Shown here piece by piece: positions 29,385 through 39,897 of a stretch of DNA of 64,000 bases. Every line of letters starts with the position of its first letter. The stretch's first letter is position 1. The position numbers were made by a program, and so were the translations under genes. The notes under the pieces are model-generated. The model did not search any database. It was not told where the DNA came from and saw nothing but the letters and a program-made list of their open reading frames with translations. Origin of the DNA: a virus (lineage: Duplodnaviria > Caudoviricetes); IMG/VR virus record IMGVR_UViG_2974549060_000001, positions 1 to 64,000 of that record; one strand, written 5' to 3'.

Positions 29385-32096
29385 CTAAGCTCCTGTCCAC
29401 GTACCGTGGGCATCAACGTATTTAACCCAATCCTTCGGCTTCCACTTAGAAGTGTTCTCCGGTGGCGGTGGGCAGGTGTATTTACCTAACTCAGCCCATT
29501 CACAACGACGCCTGAAATACAACTCGTCGTGGATAGCTGACTTAATGCCTTCTTCGGACAGATTGTTGTCCAGCGTGATCGGTGTCGCCCAGTTTGGATA
29601 ATAGATATCCAGGTTGGCCGGTAACGGTACACGAGGGTCAGCAATTTCAGGTAACCCTTTCCAGGCCATCTCTTCAATGAGGTGGTCATTGGCAAATTTA
29701 ATTGCAGCAGGATTCCTGCGAATAAGCAGGTAAATGGCATCGTGAATCAACGCTACAGGCAGAATGTCGTTACGGAAGGGCGAAGCCCAGACCTTCTGCA
29801 TAAAAGCGTTTACAGCTCGGTTGGTGAGCAATCCGTATGACTGACCGCTCACTGCGTTGCCGAGGCTCCGGCCTTCGGCCTCTGCCTCGCGCATCGTGCG
29901 TGAGCTTTTCAGTACAGAACGGTGCAACAGTGGGGTACGGATACGGAGGCCAAAGGCTCCGGTGCCATAACCAACTTTGGTTGCATCTGCAATTTTACCC
30001 TGTACCCACTCGCCCGATACTTCGTAGAGCTTGTGGAAGTTTTCTTCGATCCGCTGAGCTTCTTCTTTAGAGAAGCCGCAGTTCTTGACCAGGGTAAGCC
30101 AGGTGCCCAGATATTGCAGGGCAAATGATACGGGTTTGGATTGACCACGTTCAGCTTTGAACTCTTCCTGGATTCGGTTAACCCCCTCAACGGTGTTCGG
30201 CAGGTGAGTAAACTTCTCCGGCCAGTATGCGTAGGTACGCATGGAGTGAGGATCATACCCGTCCGTAAAGACTTTAATCTTGTTCGGATCCTGGGTGAGT
30301 AGGGCATTGATACGGTCTTCCAGAGCATTGAAGTCAGCCCCGGCAAACAGCCAGCCATCAGGTGCGGAGAAGATGTACTTAATGAGCTTCCCGAATGTAG
30401 AACCGGATGGGAGGTTTTGCAGGTTGGGGTCTGAGGAACTCAGTCGCCCGGATAACGTACCGCCGAGGTTAAAGCTGCCATGCAGATACCAGCGACCATT
30501 ACCCTTATCGAAGCCAGCTTCGAATGCAGGTATGAACGAGCTGAGGATTTTGGACACTTTGTTGTAGTCGATTAACGCCCGCAACAGTGCTTTGGCCTCT
30601 TCCGTCTTGGCGTGGAACTCCAGCTTGTCGATGGTGTCCGATGCAGCAGACGGTTGCTTGGTCTTGGTACGCTCAATGACTGGCAACTGCATTACGTCGT
30701 AAAGCAGGATGCCGACTTGTGGGTTACTGCCTGGGTTAAAGTGCATGTCTTTGAAGTGTTCCAGCGGGTGCTGTTTCGTCTTCAATTTAGCATTGGCTGC
30801 CATCATTGCATTGGTCTGAATGATGCGTTCAGCCTCTTTAACGAAGCGTGTGCCACGCATCAACTGAATAGCGGCATTAAGCCCTTTCTCCAGTTTCTGT
30901 CTGGCTTCTGCAATCTTGACCGGTATCATCGGCATACCAGTCAATTCGATTTGCAGAATGGTTTTCAGTGATGGTAGGAATTGCTCTTTATAAATTTTGA
31001 GCTGCCCGTCACGCACCATGATCGGATAATATTTCTCCTTCACATACATGGTGGACATTGTGTCAATCACGTTGTACTGGAGTAGCTCCGGTAACGGGAT
31101 AGCCAGAATGTTTTTGATATCGTCCTTCGCCCAGTTCCCGGCAAATTCATGAGCCAGGGTTTTAAGACCCAGCTCATTTCCTGCCGTGGAGTTAGTCGCT
31201 AGATACGCAATGAGCTTGGTATCGTCGAGGTTCTTGGTGAGGACTTCAAGCCCTTCCAGCAAGCCAGCATTGTCCAGTGGATCGGTCATATACAGGTTGT
31301 AGATGAGGACTTTGATATCGTAGCCGCCGTGGTGGTAAGTGACCTTACCCTCATAGGCTTCGAAGAACTTTTTCAGCTTGTATCGGAAGTACGGATTGAA
31401 AATCCGGGTATTCTCCCCGTTCTGCTGGATCATGTCACAACGCATCCCGATGCCACCAGTGGTGTCCTTCGAGAACGCGATTGTACCGATACCTGCTTTG
31501 AACGGATGGAGGCTGAAAGTTTCGAGGTCAACTGCGACCTCCGGCCACTTCATGATTTCGGCAAATGCCTTATCAATCTCGTTGTCCGTTACAGGGTAGA
31601 ACGCCCACTTAAGGATATCTGCACCGAGTGCCTGATAGGAACCCTTAAGGCTACTCGCCAGAGTTTTGATGGACAGATCCAGCTTTTCAGACTGGGCAGG
31701 GTTGTACGTCAGTGCCTGGTAGTTAACACCCAGAGTGATCTGGATATCTTCATACCCCGGCCATGCACATGGCAGCATATAACCGAGCTGAGCTTCTGCC
31801 TTCGTATTCTTGGTCAAGACCTTGAAATAATTCGAATCGGCACAATATACATGCTTGGTTTGTAGCTTTTTAAGCGCAGGTAGGAGTTGTTCCAGGTACT
31901 TCTTAATATGCCCTACCGGAGCCTTATTATTCGGCTGGTAGTCCAGTGTGAACACCACCAGATTCTCTGACGCATAACCATCAGCTTCCAGTGGATCAAC
32001 ATAGAAACGTTTAATCTCCGAGGGCATTAATGCTGCCTCTTTGATAAGGATCGCCGTTTCATACGTCGGGCGAGTTGCATAGATTAAGTGTCGCAT
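29385..32096 (-). CDS. Family A DNA polymerase with 3'-5' exonuclease (N4 gp39-like)
   Basis: Exo motifs VDLET, HHGGYD, YNVID. Polymerase motifs GTLSGRLSSSDPNLQN, ADFNALEDR, RGQSKPVSFALQY, IHDA. Confidence 0.96.
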   Translation of the reverse strand: MRHLIYATRPTYETAILIKEAALMPSEIKRFYVDPLEADGYASENLVVFTLDYQPNNKAPVGHIKKYLEQLLPALKKLQTKHVYCADSNYFKVLTKNTKAEAQLGYMLPCAWPGYEDIQITLGVNYQALTYNPAQSEKLDLSIKTLASSLKGSYQALGADILKWAFYPVTDNEIDKAFAEIMKWPEVAVDLETFSLHPFKAGIGTIAFSKDTTGGIGMRCDMIQQNGENTRIFNPYFRYKLKKFFEAYEGKVTYHHGGYDIKVLIYNLYMTDPLDNAGLLEGLEVLTKNLDDTKLIAYLATNSTAGNELGLKTLAHEFAGNWAKDDIKNILAIPLPELLQYNVIDTMSTMYVKEKYYPIMVRDGQLKIYKEQFLPSLKTILQIELTGMPMIPVKIAEARQKLEKGLNAAIQLMRGTRFVKEAERIIQTNAMMAANAKLKTKQHPLEHFKDMHFNPGSNPQVGILLYDVMQLPVIERTKTKQPSAASDTIDKLEFHAKTEEAKALLRALIDYNKVSKILSSFIPAFEAGFDKGNGRWYLHGSFNLGGTLSGRLSSSDPNLQNLPSGSTFGKLIKYIFSAPDGWLFAGADFNALEDRINALLTQDPNKIKVFTDGYDPHSMRTYAYWPEKFTHLPNTVEGVNRIQEEFKAERGQSKPVSFALQYLGTWLTLVKNCGFSKEEAQRIEENFHKLYEVSGEWVQGKIADATKVGYGTGAFGLRIRTPLLHRSVLKSSRTMREAEAEGRSLGNAVSGQSYGLLTNRAVNAFMQKVWASPFRNDILPVALIHDAIYLLIRRNPAAIKFANDHLIEEMAWKGLPEIADPRVPLPANLDIYYPNWATPITLDNNLSEEGIKSAIHDELYFRRRCEWAELGKYTCPPPPENTSKWKPKDWVKYVDAHGTWTGA

Positions 32097-32611
32097 CAGA
32101 CCCCCTCCCCGTGGTTAGTAAATCCTCCATGAAGGCTCTCACGAATATTTTTTAATGCTTCATTCGCAGCGGCTGCTGTAGGGTGACCGTAGGTAGAGTG
32201 GCATACTCCATGTTTGCGTACTTGCCCATACCAGGATTTGGAAGGGGCATGAAAATAAACCCCTTTGAAGCCAGAGGTATTATTTCGACCCCTTCGGGTG
32301 TTACAGCGGTTTTCTGATACATCAGCCTCACGCAGATTGCACCAACGATTATCTGAACGAATATTGTTGATATGATCTGTTTCGTGTTTAGGCCATTTTC
32401 CTGTCATAAATAGGAAAGCTAACCTATGGCAAAGGTAGAGCTTTTTATCAATAACTAGTTCGACATACCCACTAACTGTATTGATATGTCCAGCCGTGTC
32501 CCCAGACTTAGCTCGCCAATTTCTGTCAAAATTCCAGGTAAAGTGACCGGTATCGGGGTTGTACGATACTAAATTTTTCAGTTCAGCTTGTGTTACAGAT
32601 GGTTGCCTCAT
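32096..32611 (-). CDS. Free-standing HNH-AP2 homing endonuclease
   Basis: YNPDTG..TDHINNIRSDNRWCNLRE..SGFKGVYF. Confidence 0.9.
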   Translation of the reverse strand: MRQPSVTQAELKNLVSYNPDTGHFTWNFDRNWRAKSGDTAGHINTVSGYVELVIDKKLYLCHRLAFLFMTGKWPKHETDHINNIRSDNRWCNLREADVSENRCNTRRGRNNTSGFKGVYFHAPSKSWYGQVRKHGVCHSTYGHPTAAAANEALKNIRESLHGGFTNHGEGV

Positions 32612-32645
32612 GAAAATAGACCTCTCTCGTCATTAACATGATATT

Positions 32646-32670
32646 AAAAAACCAGCCCCTAAGGGCTGGC
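32646..32670 (-). terminator. Intrinsic terminator
   Basis: Minus strand CCAGCCC-TTAG-GGGCTGGTTTTT. Confidence 0.8.
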
Positions 32671-32692
32671 TTAAGGTGCTACAGTTTACAGC

Positions 32693-34801
32693 TTACTTCG
32701 TCAGGCTTTCAATCACCTCGACCACTTCATCACTGACGCCTAGAACGGCCCAGGATTTCTTCGCTGCTTTCTTGATTGCCAAAGCTTGCCCAGCAATTTG
32801 AGGGTTAATAATGCCCCCTTTCAGCACTTCGGCCAGTCGAGCTTTAGGGCTACCAGCCTTCGGTGCTTTTGCTTTCAGGTCGTCGAAACCAGATACGGTT
32901 TTAACGGCAACCTTTGGTGCTACCGACGTAGCCTTTTCAGTAACCAGCTCACCGATATCGTCAGACAGGCCCAGGGCAGTCCACGACTTCTTACTGGATT
33001 TCTTGAAGGCCAACAGTTCGGCAGCTTTAGTACCAGCAGTGGTGCTGGTTGCCGCGCCTTTGAACTCATCGTACAGACGCTGAGCTGTTTGGGCTTTCGT
33101 TTCTTTTTTCACGTTTTCAACCTTCGGTTCAACCGGTGTCAGATTTTCCACTTTATTAGCCGGAGCATCTTTCACTGGCTTGAGGTCAGCCGGGAGTACC
33201 GGTTTAGACGGTTCCGGTGGGATTGCACCTTCCGCATCAGGAATGTCCAGATTGGTGTTGCGGATATCTTCTGGTTGCAGGGGTGCAACGGTAGAATCCA
33301 CATCCTCCAGATCCGTAATGGTCAGCTTAGTGCCTTGAGCACCGCCGATTTGTACGGTCTGGTCAATCTTGATGTGCTTACCACGCAGAACAGCATTGAG
33401 CAGTTCAGCACCGCCTTTGACGTTCGACAGTTTACCGCCGTTGTTAACGGTGGCAGTCTGGCCTTTGTCCAGTACGGCCAGGATATCGTAACCAGCAACA
33501 CGCATTTTATTGTTGCTGTACTCCGGCACCGCGATAACGTCTTCCGGGGCAACCTTACCGATAATGGTAATTTCGCCATAGAAGCTACGCAGATAGCTGA
33601 GTGCTGCAACATGCAGTCCATTGGAGCAATCCTGACGGCGATCTGGGTCAACCAGACTTTCATCCATGAAGACGCGGGAGCCGACACGCTGGGTGACACA
33701 ACGGGAGTAAACGTCCACGTAAATGTCACGGCCCTGCTTGTCCTTACCGGATTTGGTCAGACGTTTGTAGATCACAATGGAGCCGTCATCAGCAATTGGT
33801 AGGTCGCCATGCTTCATGAACTTCATCAGATCTTCAACACTGAAACGACGCTTGTTGACGACAGTACCCAGACGTTCCAGGAATTTCTGGAAGCCGGTGA
33901 AGTCTTTAAGCGTGGTTGCAGCTTTGAGCTGATTGCCCAGATGCTGAGCTTCCGGGATGATGGTACGGCCACCGTTGGTAACGGCGACGACTGTTTCATC
34001 TTCCTTAAGTCCTTCTTTGAACTTCGGATCGCTCGGCTTGATGCCTTCGGCTTCGAGAATATCCAGACGAGCATTGGCCTCAGCCAACTTCTCTTCAATG
34101 GTTTTCTCTGCCGGGGCAACCGGAGCCAGTGGAGCAGCAGGTTCAATTACTGGCTTATCCCCAGTCGGGGTTTTCACCAGTTGTACCTGACCACCAGCCA
34201 GCAACACTTGCTCACGAATATCCTGAGCTTTAGCGGCTGTTACGCTGGTGGCGATCATCACGGGCTTAGACGCATTGACCAGATCAGCAGACTCTCTAAA
34301 GCCAGCACCGGTAGTTACACGGATAGCCTTAATAACAGCAACCTTATTCCCATCCAGGTAATCAGTCAGTAGTACATCGTAATTACCCGGTTCGAGGGTT
34401 ACCTCCTCCGCAGGCTCTACTTCACTGCCCGGCACCACGCCCAGAGTCTGGGGTGATACGTAGGCAGATGGTGCAGGATCAGCAACGGCAGGAGCCGGTT
34501 CAGGTTCGTCTTTAAACCAGTCGGCAATGCTTTTCTTCGCTACCTTGAAGAAACGTATTACACCACCACTGGCTTGCTCTGCTTCGCCAAATTCAGGGTT
34601 TTCCATGATAGGGCGAGGCATTTCCAGCGACACTTCTACCGGACGCGGAGGAACCTCGGAGAGAGGTTCTTTTACCGCAGCCATGATATTAGTGATGCGG
34701 GGGTCACCCTGTACCAGAGTGACACTGCTGCCATCCGGTGAGAACAGGATGACGTGGCGAGCGTCTACTGACACCGCCACAACCACTACAGATTTGTTCA
34801 T
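32693..34801 (-). CDS. rIIB: rIIB-like protein with an inserted ribosomal bL12 C-terminal domain
   Basis: Core FLERL..[42 protein letters not shown]; follows rIIA; bL12-like segment at about 34172-34389. Confidence 0.88.
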   Translation of the reverse strand: [702 protein letters not shown]

Positions 34802-37224
34802 TTTTTAGTTCCGTTTTTCATCGCGATTAAAACGAGGGATCGGAAAGCAGCTTTTCTTTCCGGGTTTGACGCAAGCAGGTCACGAAGTTCATCGATACCG
34901 ATGGTTTCAATAACGAAGTCATTCATGACTGACTTGAGTTGCTTAATCCAGGAGAACTCCTGGAGTTTATATTTGTTAACCGCCAGAGCCTGATCGTACT
35001 CGGCTTCGGTGATAACTTCGTCCTGCAACAAACGGTACAGGCTGTTATTGTCGATAACGTCCAGCACACGTTCCAGGTCGGCACGATAGGTCAGCTTCTT
35101 CAAGCCAGGTAGCTTGATACCCAGCGACTCAACCAGTCGGAGGACTGGAGATTTAATGTCGTGGATGTTGCTGAGGTCAGGGCTACGGTGACGAGTTAGA
35201 TATTCCTTCATCTCTTTGCTGAAATAGATCTCCAACATAGGTTTCAGGAAATACTGGTCGATGTGAACAGCACCGCGCTTAATAGCCATGTTGCGTTCTA
35301 CGCCGGTACGCACTACTACCGCGTTGTCCAGCATGTCGTCAGTCAACATAGCCGGTACGCAATAGCGCCCCAGTTTGGTGTATTTAACGGCAGCATAGTC
35401 AACGTAGAAGATTGGAGCATCCACCCAACCTTCCCACTCGGATTTATCTTTAATACTGGAACGGTCAAATACGAATCCGTTCTTAGTAGGCTCACAGATA
35501 TTCCGTAATGGAATAAGACCATTGGATACCTTCGACTTGACTGGTTTCTCTTTGGCGACACGAGCCTTACGGTTCTGTACGACCGGATCCCACTCATGGT
35601 TAAGTGTCAGATCAACGACCTCCCAGCCCGCAGCAGAAAAAGCTGCACGTTCTTTGATGCCATCGTTCTTCTTCTTACCGATGTGGTACACGTAATAGTT
35701 ACGGTTGTGGGCACGGTTTTCGAAGCCCGGCCAGTAGCTGCACGAGTACGTGATTTCCTTCAACCGGGTGGTTACGAATACCACCGGTTTCTGGAACATT
35801 GTAGCCATTGCACGAAGATTCATATTGTCGTTATAGACATGATGGTTACGGGTACGCAGGTTACGATACGGCGACCAGACCAGGGAGCGGAGGCTACCCA
35901 TACTCAGGTCAGGATGCTTCATCACTTTCAGCATTGGTTTAGCCACAAATTGCCAGAACAGCTTACGATAAGACAGCTCATTCTTTGACTCCTTCGCTGC
36001 ATACACCGCTTTCAGGATCTGCTTCTGGAACTTATGCCCTTTAAAGGCTTTCCGATACACTTCCATCTCTGCATTACGCATCATGGATTTGTAATGCTTA
36101 CGGAAGCACTCGCCCAAGCTGCTCAGGATGTAATGCTGAGACAGCGACGGCATAAAGCTAACCCAGTTAATCCACTTCGTCGTATGGAGCTGGTTGATAC
36201 TAAGGCTGGTGATGTATTGGGCTACACGTTTGGCATCTGCCGGGATGCTGGCACGAATGTCTTTCTCAACACGTTCGGTCAGCTTAAGGCAGAGGTCAAC
36301 CACACCGTTCTCTGTCATCTTCTGGCTTGATAAAGCTTCACGGCTTGGGGTCAATGCCAGAGTGTCAGGAGCAGCCTGAACCACAATACGATCCACGGCG
36401 ATGATTTGCATGAAACGCTTAATGGTATCCAGAGCCGGGCGGGTGGCCGGAGTATCCAGAGCCGGATACATCACACCACCATAACGGATGAAGATCTCAT
36501 GGTAACCCATGTAGTCCTGATACCAGGTGTTGCTACTGAACGAGTAGGAACCCGGTTCCGTAGACATACCCAGTTTAGGTAGTAACGGTTTGCTGGAGTT
36601 GGAGTAATACCCTTCAACTTTCAGCTCGATGTTCATCTCGCCGTGCATCGCGATATAACGAATATACGTCAGGAACTCGTACACATCGTTCTCTTCGATT
36701 GGGATACTGACCTCAAGGCCAGACTCCGTAGTCGGAGCTGACATGATTTCAGTGATCCCTGGCTTACCACCGGATTCGACTGAGGACTTGGTGATGTTGT
36801 ACACCGACATCGTACCATTATGGTAAGACGTGACACGGAAGCTGTCGGTATACGCGAACGGTGACTTACAGCCCAGGCCAAAGCCACCAGTGGATTTACT
36901 GTCGTTCTTTTTGGTAGACGCACCATAGGTGCCGTATACCGCACCCATACTTTCTGGGGCGATACCCTTACCGTAATCACGGAAGGTCAGAACAAAGTCT
37001 TCACTGATACGCACCAGACCGGGCACATTGGTTTTACCCGCGTCAATATGTGCATCCCAAAGGTTGCAGAGCACCTCACGGGCTACAGCTAACTTCTGGT
37101 TTGAATACAGGTTCGCAGACAGGATCTGGAAGAACGCCGGATCATCGGTGATACCGAAGTCGATAGTTTTACCACCACCCAGAGTAGCGGAAGTAGCCAA
37201 TTGAGTAGAGTCAGATACATTCAT
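34798..37224 (-). CDS. rIIA: rIIA-like protein (GHKL/HATPase N-terminus)
   Basis: LYSNQKLAVAREVLCNLWDAH, FRDYGKGI, GGFGLGCKSPFAYTD. Confidence 0.9.
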   Translation of the reverse strand: MNVSDSTQLATSATLGGGKTIDFGITDDPAFFQILSANLYSNQKLAVAREVLCNLWDAHIDAGKTNVPGLVRISEDFVLTFRDYGKGIAPESMGAVYGTYGASTKKNDSKSTGGFGLGCKSPFAYTDSFRVTSYHNGTMSVYNITKSSVESGGKPGITEIMSAPTTESGLEVSIPIEENDVYEFLTYIRYIAMHGEMNIELKVEGYYSNSSKPLLPKLGMSTEPGSYSFSSNTWYQDYMGYHEIFIRYGGVMYPALDTPATRPALDTIKRFMQIIAVDRIVVQAAPDTLALTPSREALSSQKMTENGVVDLCLKLTERVEKDIRASIPADAKRVAQYITSLSINQLHTTKWINWVSFMPSLSQHYILSSLGECFRKHYKSMMRNAEMEVYRKAFKGHKFQKQILKAVYAAKESKNELSYRKLFWQFVAKPMLKVMKHPDLSMGSLRSLVWSPYRNLRTRNHHVYNDNMNLRAMATMFQKPVVFVTTRLKEITYSCSYWPGFENRAHNRNYYVYHIGKKKNDGIKERAAFSAAGWEVVDLTLNHEWDPVVQNRKARVAKEKPVKSKVSNGLIPLRNICEPTKNGFVFDRSSIKDKSEWEGWVDAPIFYVDYAAVKYTKLGRYCVPAMLTDDMLDNAVVVRTGVERNMAIKRGAVHIDQYFLKPMLEIYFSKEMKEYLTRHRSPDLSNIHDIKSPVLRLVESLGIKLPGLKKLTYRADLERVLDVIDNNSLYRLLQDEVITEAEYDQALAVNKYKLQEFSWIKQLKSVMNDFVIETIGIDELRDLLASNPERKAAFRSLVLIAMKNGTKK

Positions 37225-37261
37225 TTTGCAAATCCTTAAGTAAGATTTAGAAAGGCTTTTA

Positions 37262-37290
37262 AAAAGAAAAGCCAGATTAAATCTGGCTTG
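37262..37290 (-). terminator. Intrinsic terminator
   Basis: Minus strand AAGCCAGA-TTTAA-TCTGGCTTTTCTTT. Confidence 0.7.
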
Positions 37291-37295
37291 GTTTG

Positions 37296-37490
37296 TTATG
37301 GGTAAACGTTCTTACACGCATTCCAGATCACTTCCCGTAACTCTTTATGGGGTTGAGTTTCTTGCTCCGGCTTGACACCAGAAGGTGGGTTTTGAACTAA
37401 CACTTTCAGAGCAACTACTTGCTCAGCAGAAAGGTTGTTCAATTGCAGAGAATAACTGGAAGTAGTTATTAAACTCGCATTAGCCATCAT
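37296..37490 (-). CDS. Hypothetical protein
   Basis: 64 aa, coupled start. Confidence 0.6.
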   Translation of the reverse strand: MMANASLITTSSYSLQLNNLSAEQVVALKVLVQNPPSGVKPEQETQPHKELREVIWNACKNVYP

Positions 37491-37666
37491 TCACCTGCCT
37501 TATAAATCTTGATGACTTTATCTACAGCTTCCTGCGGATTCAGCCCGGTAGCAGCATGAATCACATACTCATGCTCACCGTACATGTCAGCCTGCCATCC
37601 ACCCTCATACTGAGGTATCAAAGCGATACGATATTGGCAGAGTTGGTCAACAAAAGAGTTTCCCAT
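37487..37666 (-). CDS. Hypothetical protein (59 aa; not in the ORF track)
   Basis: Manual translation MGNSFVDQLCQYRIALIPQYEGGWQADMYGEHEYVIHAATGLNPQEAVDKVIKIYKAGE; overlaps both neighbours. Confidence 0.65.
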   Translation of the reverse strand: MGNSFVDQLCQYRIALIPQYEGGWQADMYGEHEYVIHAATGLNPQEAVDKVIKIYKAGE

Positions 37667-38004
37667 TATTCACCTACCTTCGGCAGTTTACTTGCCATAG
37701 CCTGGAGTACGAAGACGGCCAGATCAGATGCCATGGCGTCAGTCACGTCATCGGGATAAACAATAGAGTCTTCCGACCAACCGTCCAAAATATTTTGTAC
37801 TTCGGCCAGACCAGCCTGAACCATATCAGGAGTCGGCTGAGTAAATGCCTTCTCTAACTGGTCAATGCGGCTAACCAGGGCCAGAACCAGGTTATCTCCA
37901 GTAATGTCACGAAATAACTGGCCGTTACGACGAGCAACAAAGTGAGTACCATTAGTATGGCTAACTTCATAGTCGCCTACCTTTACAATTGTTTCAGTGG
38001 TCAT
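37666..38004 (-). CDS. Hypothetical protein
   Basis: 112 aa, coupled. Confidence 0.65.
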   Translation of the reverse strand: MTTETIVKVGDYEVSHTNGTHFVARRNGQLFRDITGDNLVLALVSRIDQLEKAFTQPTPDMVQAGLAEVQNILDGWSEDSIVYPDDVTDAMASDLAVFVLQAMASKLPKVGE

Positions 38005-38525
38005 TGAATTACCCCCAGGACGTTCTTGGTTACCCGTTGAAACAGGATATCCAGATTGTCCTTATGTTTGAGTTTGAACTCGGCTACCTGTTCGTCCGTT
38101 AATGGGACGAAGTTATCGGTATCCAGTTCTCGTTGGATTCCCATAGCCTCCATACGTGGATGGAGAAGCTCTGGGAGCAGTTGATACAGATGAGTTACAC
38201 TCTCGCACCGGGACGATGCTGCAACGAGGGCTGCTTGGATTTGTGCAGTCTCTACGTCCAGAGCACGCCGGGCAGTTACGATGATGTTCATCTCACCCTG
38301 GAGGAAACCGGCCAGAGTCTGAGGAAAGCGAACCACGCCACTCTCAAACTTATACGTTTGACCTGAGAAGCGGAAAGTCAGCAGAGGCGACTTCTTTGCT
38401 TCCTGGTTTCGTATGGCGATGTTATAGATCGCATCCCTATAGAACTCTTCGGTTTTCTCATACAGTGACCGCAGCAGTTGGCTAACCACCAACTGTTTAT
38501 CTTTGGTCGTCAGATCTTTGATCAT
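38001..38525 (-). CDS. Hypothetical protein
   Basis: 174 aa, directly after the helicase. Confidence 0.7.
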   Translation of the reverse strand: MIKDLTTKDKQLVVSQLLRSLYEKTEEFYRDAIYNIAIRNQEAKKSPLLTFRFSGQTYKFESGVVRFPQTLAGFLQGEMNIIVTARRALDVETAQIQAALVAASSRCESVTHLYQLLPELLHPRMEAMGIQRELDTDNFVPLTDEQVAEFKLKHKDNLDILFQRVTKNVLGVIQ

Positions 38526-39880
38526 TAATACAAATCTCCCGTAAGGAATAGCTGTTTACGGGCGCGTGAGCACGCAACATAAAGTAAGCGCATAAGCATC
38601 TCTTTGTTGCGGCAGAACCCGATATCAGCCAGGTCAATATAGACACGACGATAGGTGGAACCCTGCGATTTGTTAATCGTCTGGGCAAACACCGGGCGAA
38701 GATCCACCCAGTTATTTTTCACCTGGTTCATCTGGTACAGATAGGCTTCACCGGCTTTACGGTCGGTAGATTTCTCATACTCCCTATATAACCGATTAAT
38801 GATTTTCTGTTTGGCCTTATGGTCATTTGGCATAAAGAACTTACGCTTATCATCACCATCCAGGTACACCCAGAACCCTGCTTCGCCATGTTCCACACTG
38901 GCTTCAAGGGCGTCGATATACACCATACCATCGGTACGGATGCCGCCACTACCCTTACGTCCTGAGACATAGTGGTTATTTACTGCGTAGTCACCTGCCT
39001 GGAACTCACGAGTACCAGTGCTGAGACTGTTGATGCCTTTGTTGTACTTCTGCACCCGGTCATTCCTGTAAGCCAGGAATTTGCTGGTGGCGAAAGTCCA
39101 GTCCTCGGCAGTCATATCCTGTACCATCAGCCGGTCGAAGTCCGGGCGAGGTAACCAGATAATATGTTTACCGTCGATAGGGCAGACGGGCACATTAAAA
39201 TCTTTGGCAAGGATACGACGACGCAGCTCGGTAGCCAGTTTGAAGATCGGGGTATTCGTATCGAATCGCTCCACAATGTGCAGCTCTGCTTTACGGAAGC
39301 CAGACTCGAAAGCTGGCAGACTGTTACCATCTCCGTTAGTGAGCTGGGCAGGATCACCAACAAAGATGACTTTCGTATCCTTGTTGGTTTTCTGCTTGAT
39401 CCACGTCCAGAGTTCATCGTCGATGTAACTGGCCTCGTCAATGATGACGATGGATTTACCGGCATTAAATTGCCAGTCCCGGTCGGCAAGAATATCCCTT
39501 CGGGGATTCTGTGGATCCGGGGCCATAGTCAGCCCCAGGAAGCTATGAATAGTCTTCACCTGGGGATTCATCTCAATTTCATCACCGCCTGTTATAGAGG
39601 CATTCAGGCCACGTAATTGCAGCTCCATTGCCTCACACGCTTTGTTAGTAGTCGCGGTGAAATGGATAGGCAGATTGGTTTTACCTTTCATGTCTAGCAG
39701 TTTACGGGTCTTGTGATAGTCGTGCAGGGTACGCACAAAATGCTTAATTACGAAAGTTTTACCGGTTCCTCCGGCACCCTCCAGAACCATAAAGCGTTCA
39801 GTAGAGCTTGAGAGGAACCCGTGCATGACCTGGATACCATTATCCTGATCAGCATTAAGTTTTACTACTTCCTCGGACAT
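38525..39880 (-). CDS. SF1B Dda/RecD-like DNA helicase (N4 gp37-like)
   Basis: GAGGTGKT, IIDEAS, FVGDPAQL, AQTINKSQGST, LYVACSRAR. Confidence 0.93.
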   Translation of the reverse strand: MSEEVVKLNADQDNGIQVMHGFLSSSTERFMVLEGAGGTGKTFVIKHFVRTLHDYHKTRKLLDMKGKTNLPIHFTATTNKACEAMELQLRGLNASITGGDEIEMNPQVKTIHSFLGLTMAPDPQNPRRDILADRDWQFNAGKSIVIIDEASYIDDELWTWIKQKTNKDTKVIFVGDPAQLTNGDGNSLPAFESGFRKAELHIVERFDTNTPIFKLATELRRRILAKDFNVPVCPIDGKHIIWLPRPDFDRLMVQDMTAEDWTFATSKFLAYRNDRVQKYNKGINSLSTGTREFQAGDYAVNNHYVSGRKGSGGIRTDGMVYIDALEASVEHGEAGFWVYLDGDDKRKFFMPNDHKAKQKIINRLYREYEKSTDRKAGEAYLYQMNQVKNNWVDLRPVFAQTINKSQGSTYRRVYIDLADIGFCRNKEMLMRLLYVACSRARKQLFLTGDLY

Positions 39881-39897
39881 GATTACCTCTTAGAGGA

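Noticed and set aside
29385-32096. Intron, intein or frameshift in the DNA polymerase, terminase or RNAP genes
   Set aside because: All read as single uninterrupted ORFs of expected size with motifs in order.
32786-33802. 338-aa plus-strand ORF and other long antisense ORFs (e.g. 3988-4650, 60341-61021, 33809-34372)
   Set aside because: They shadow well-supported genes on the opposite strand, lack SD sequences and motifs, and are expected from the strong codon bias.
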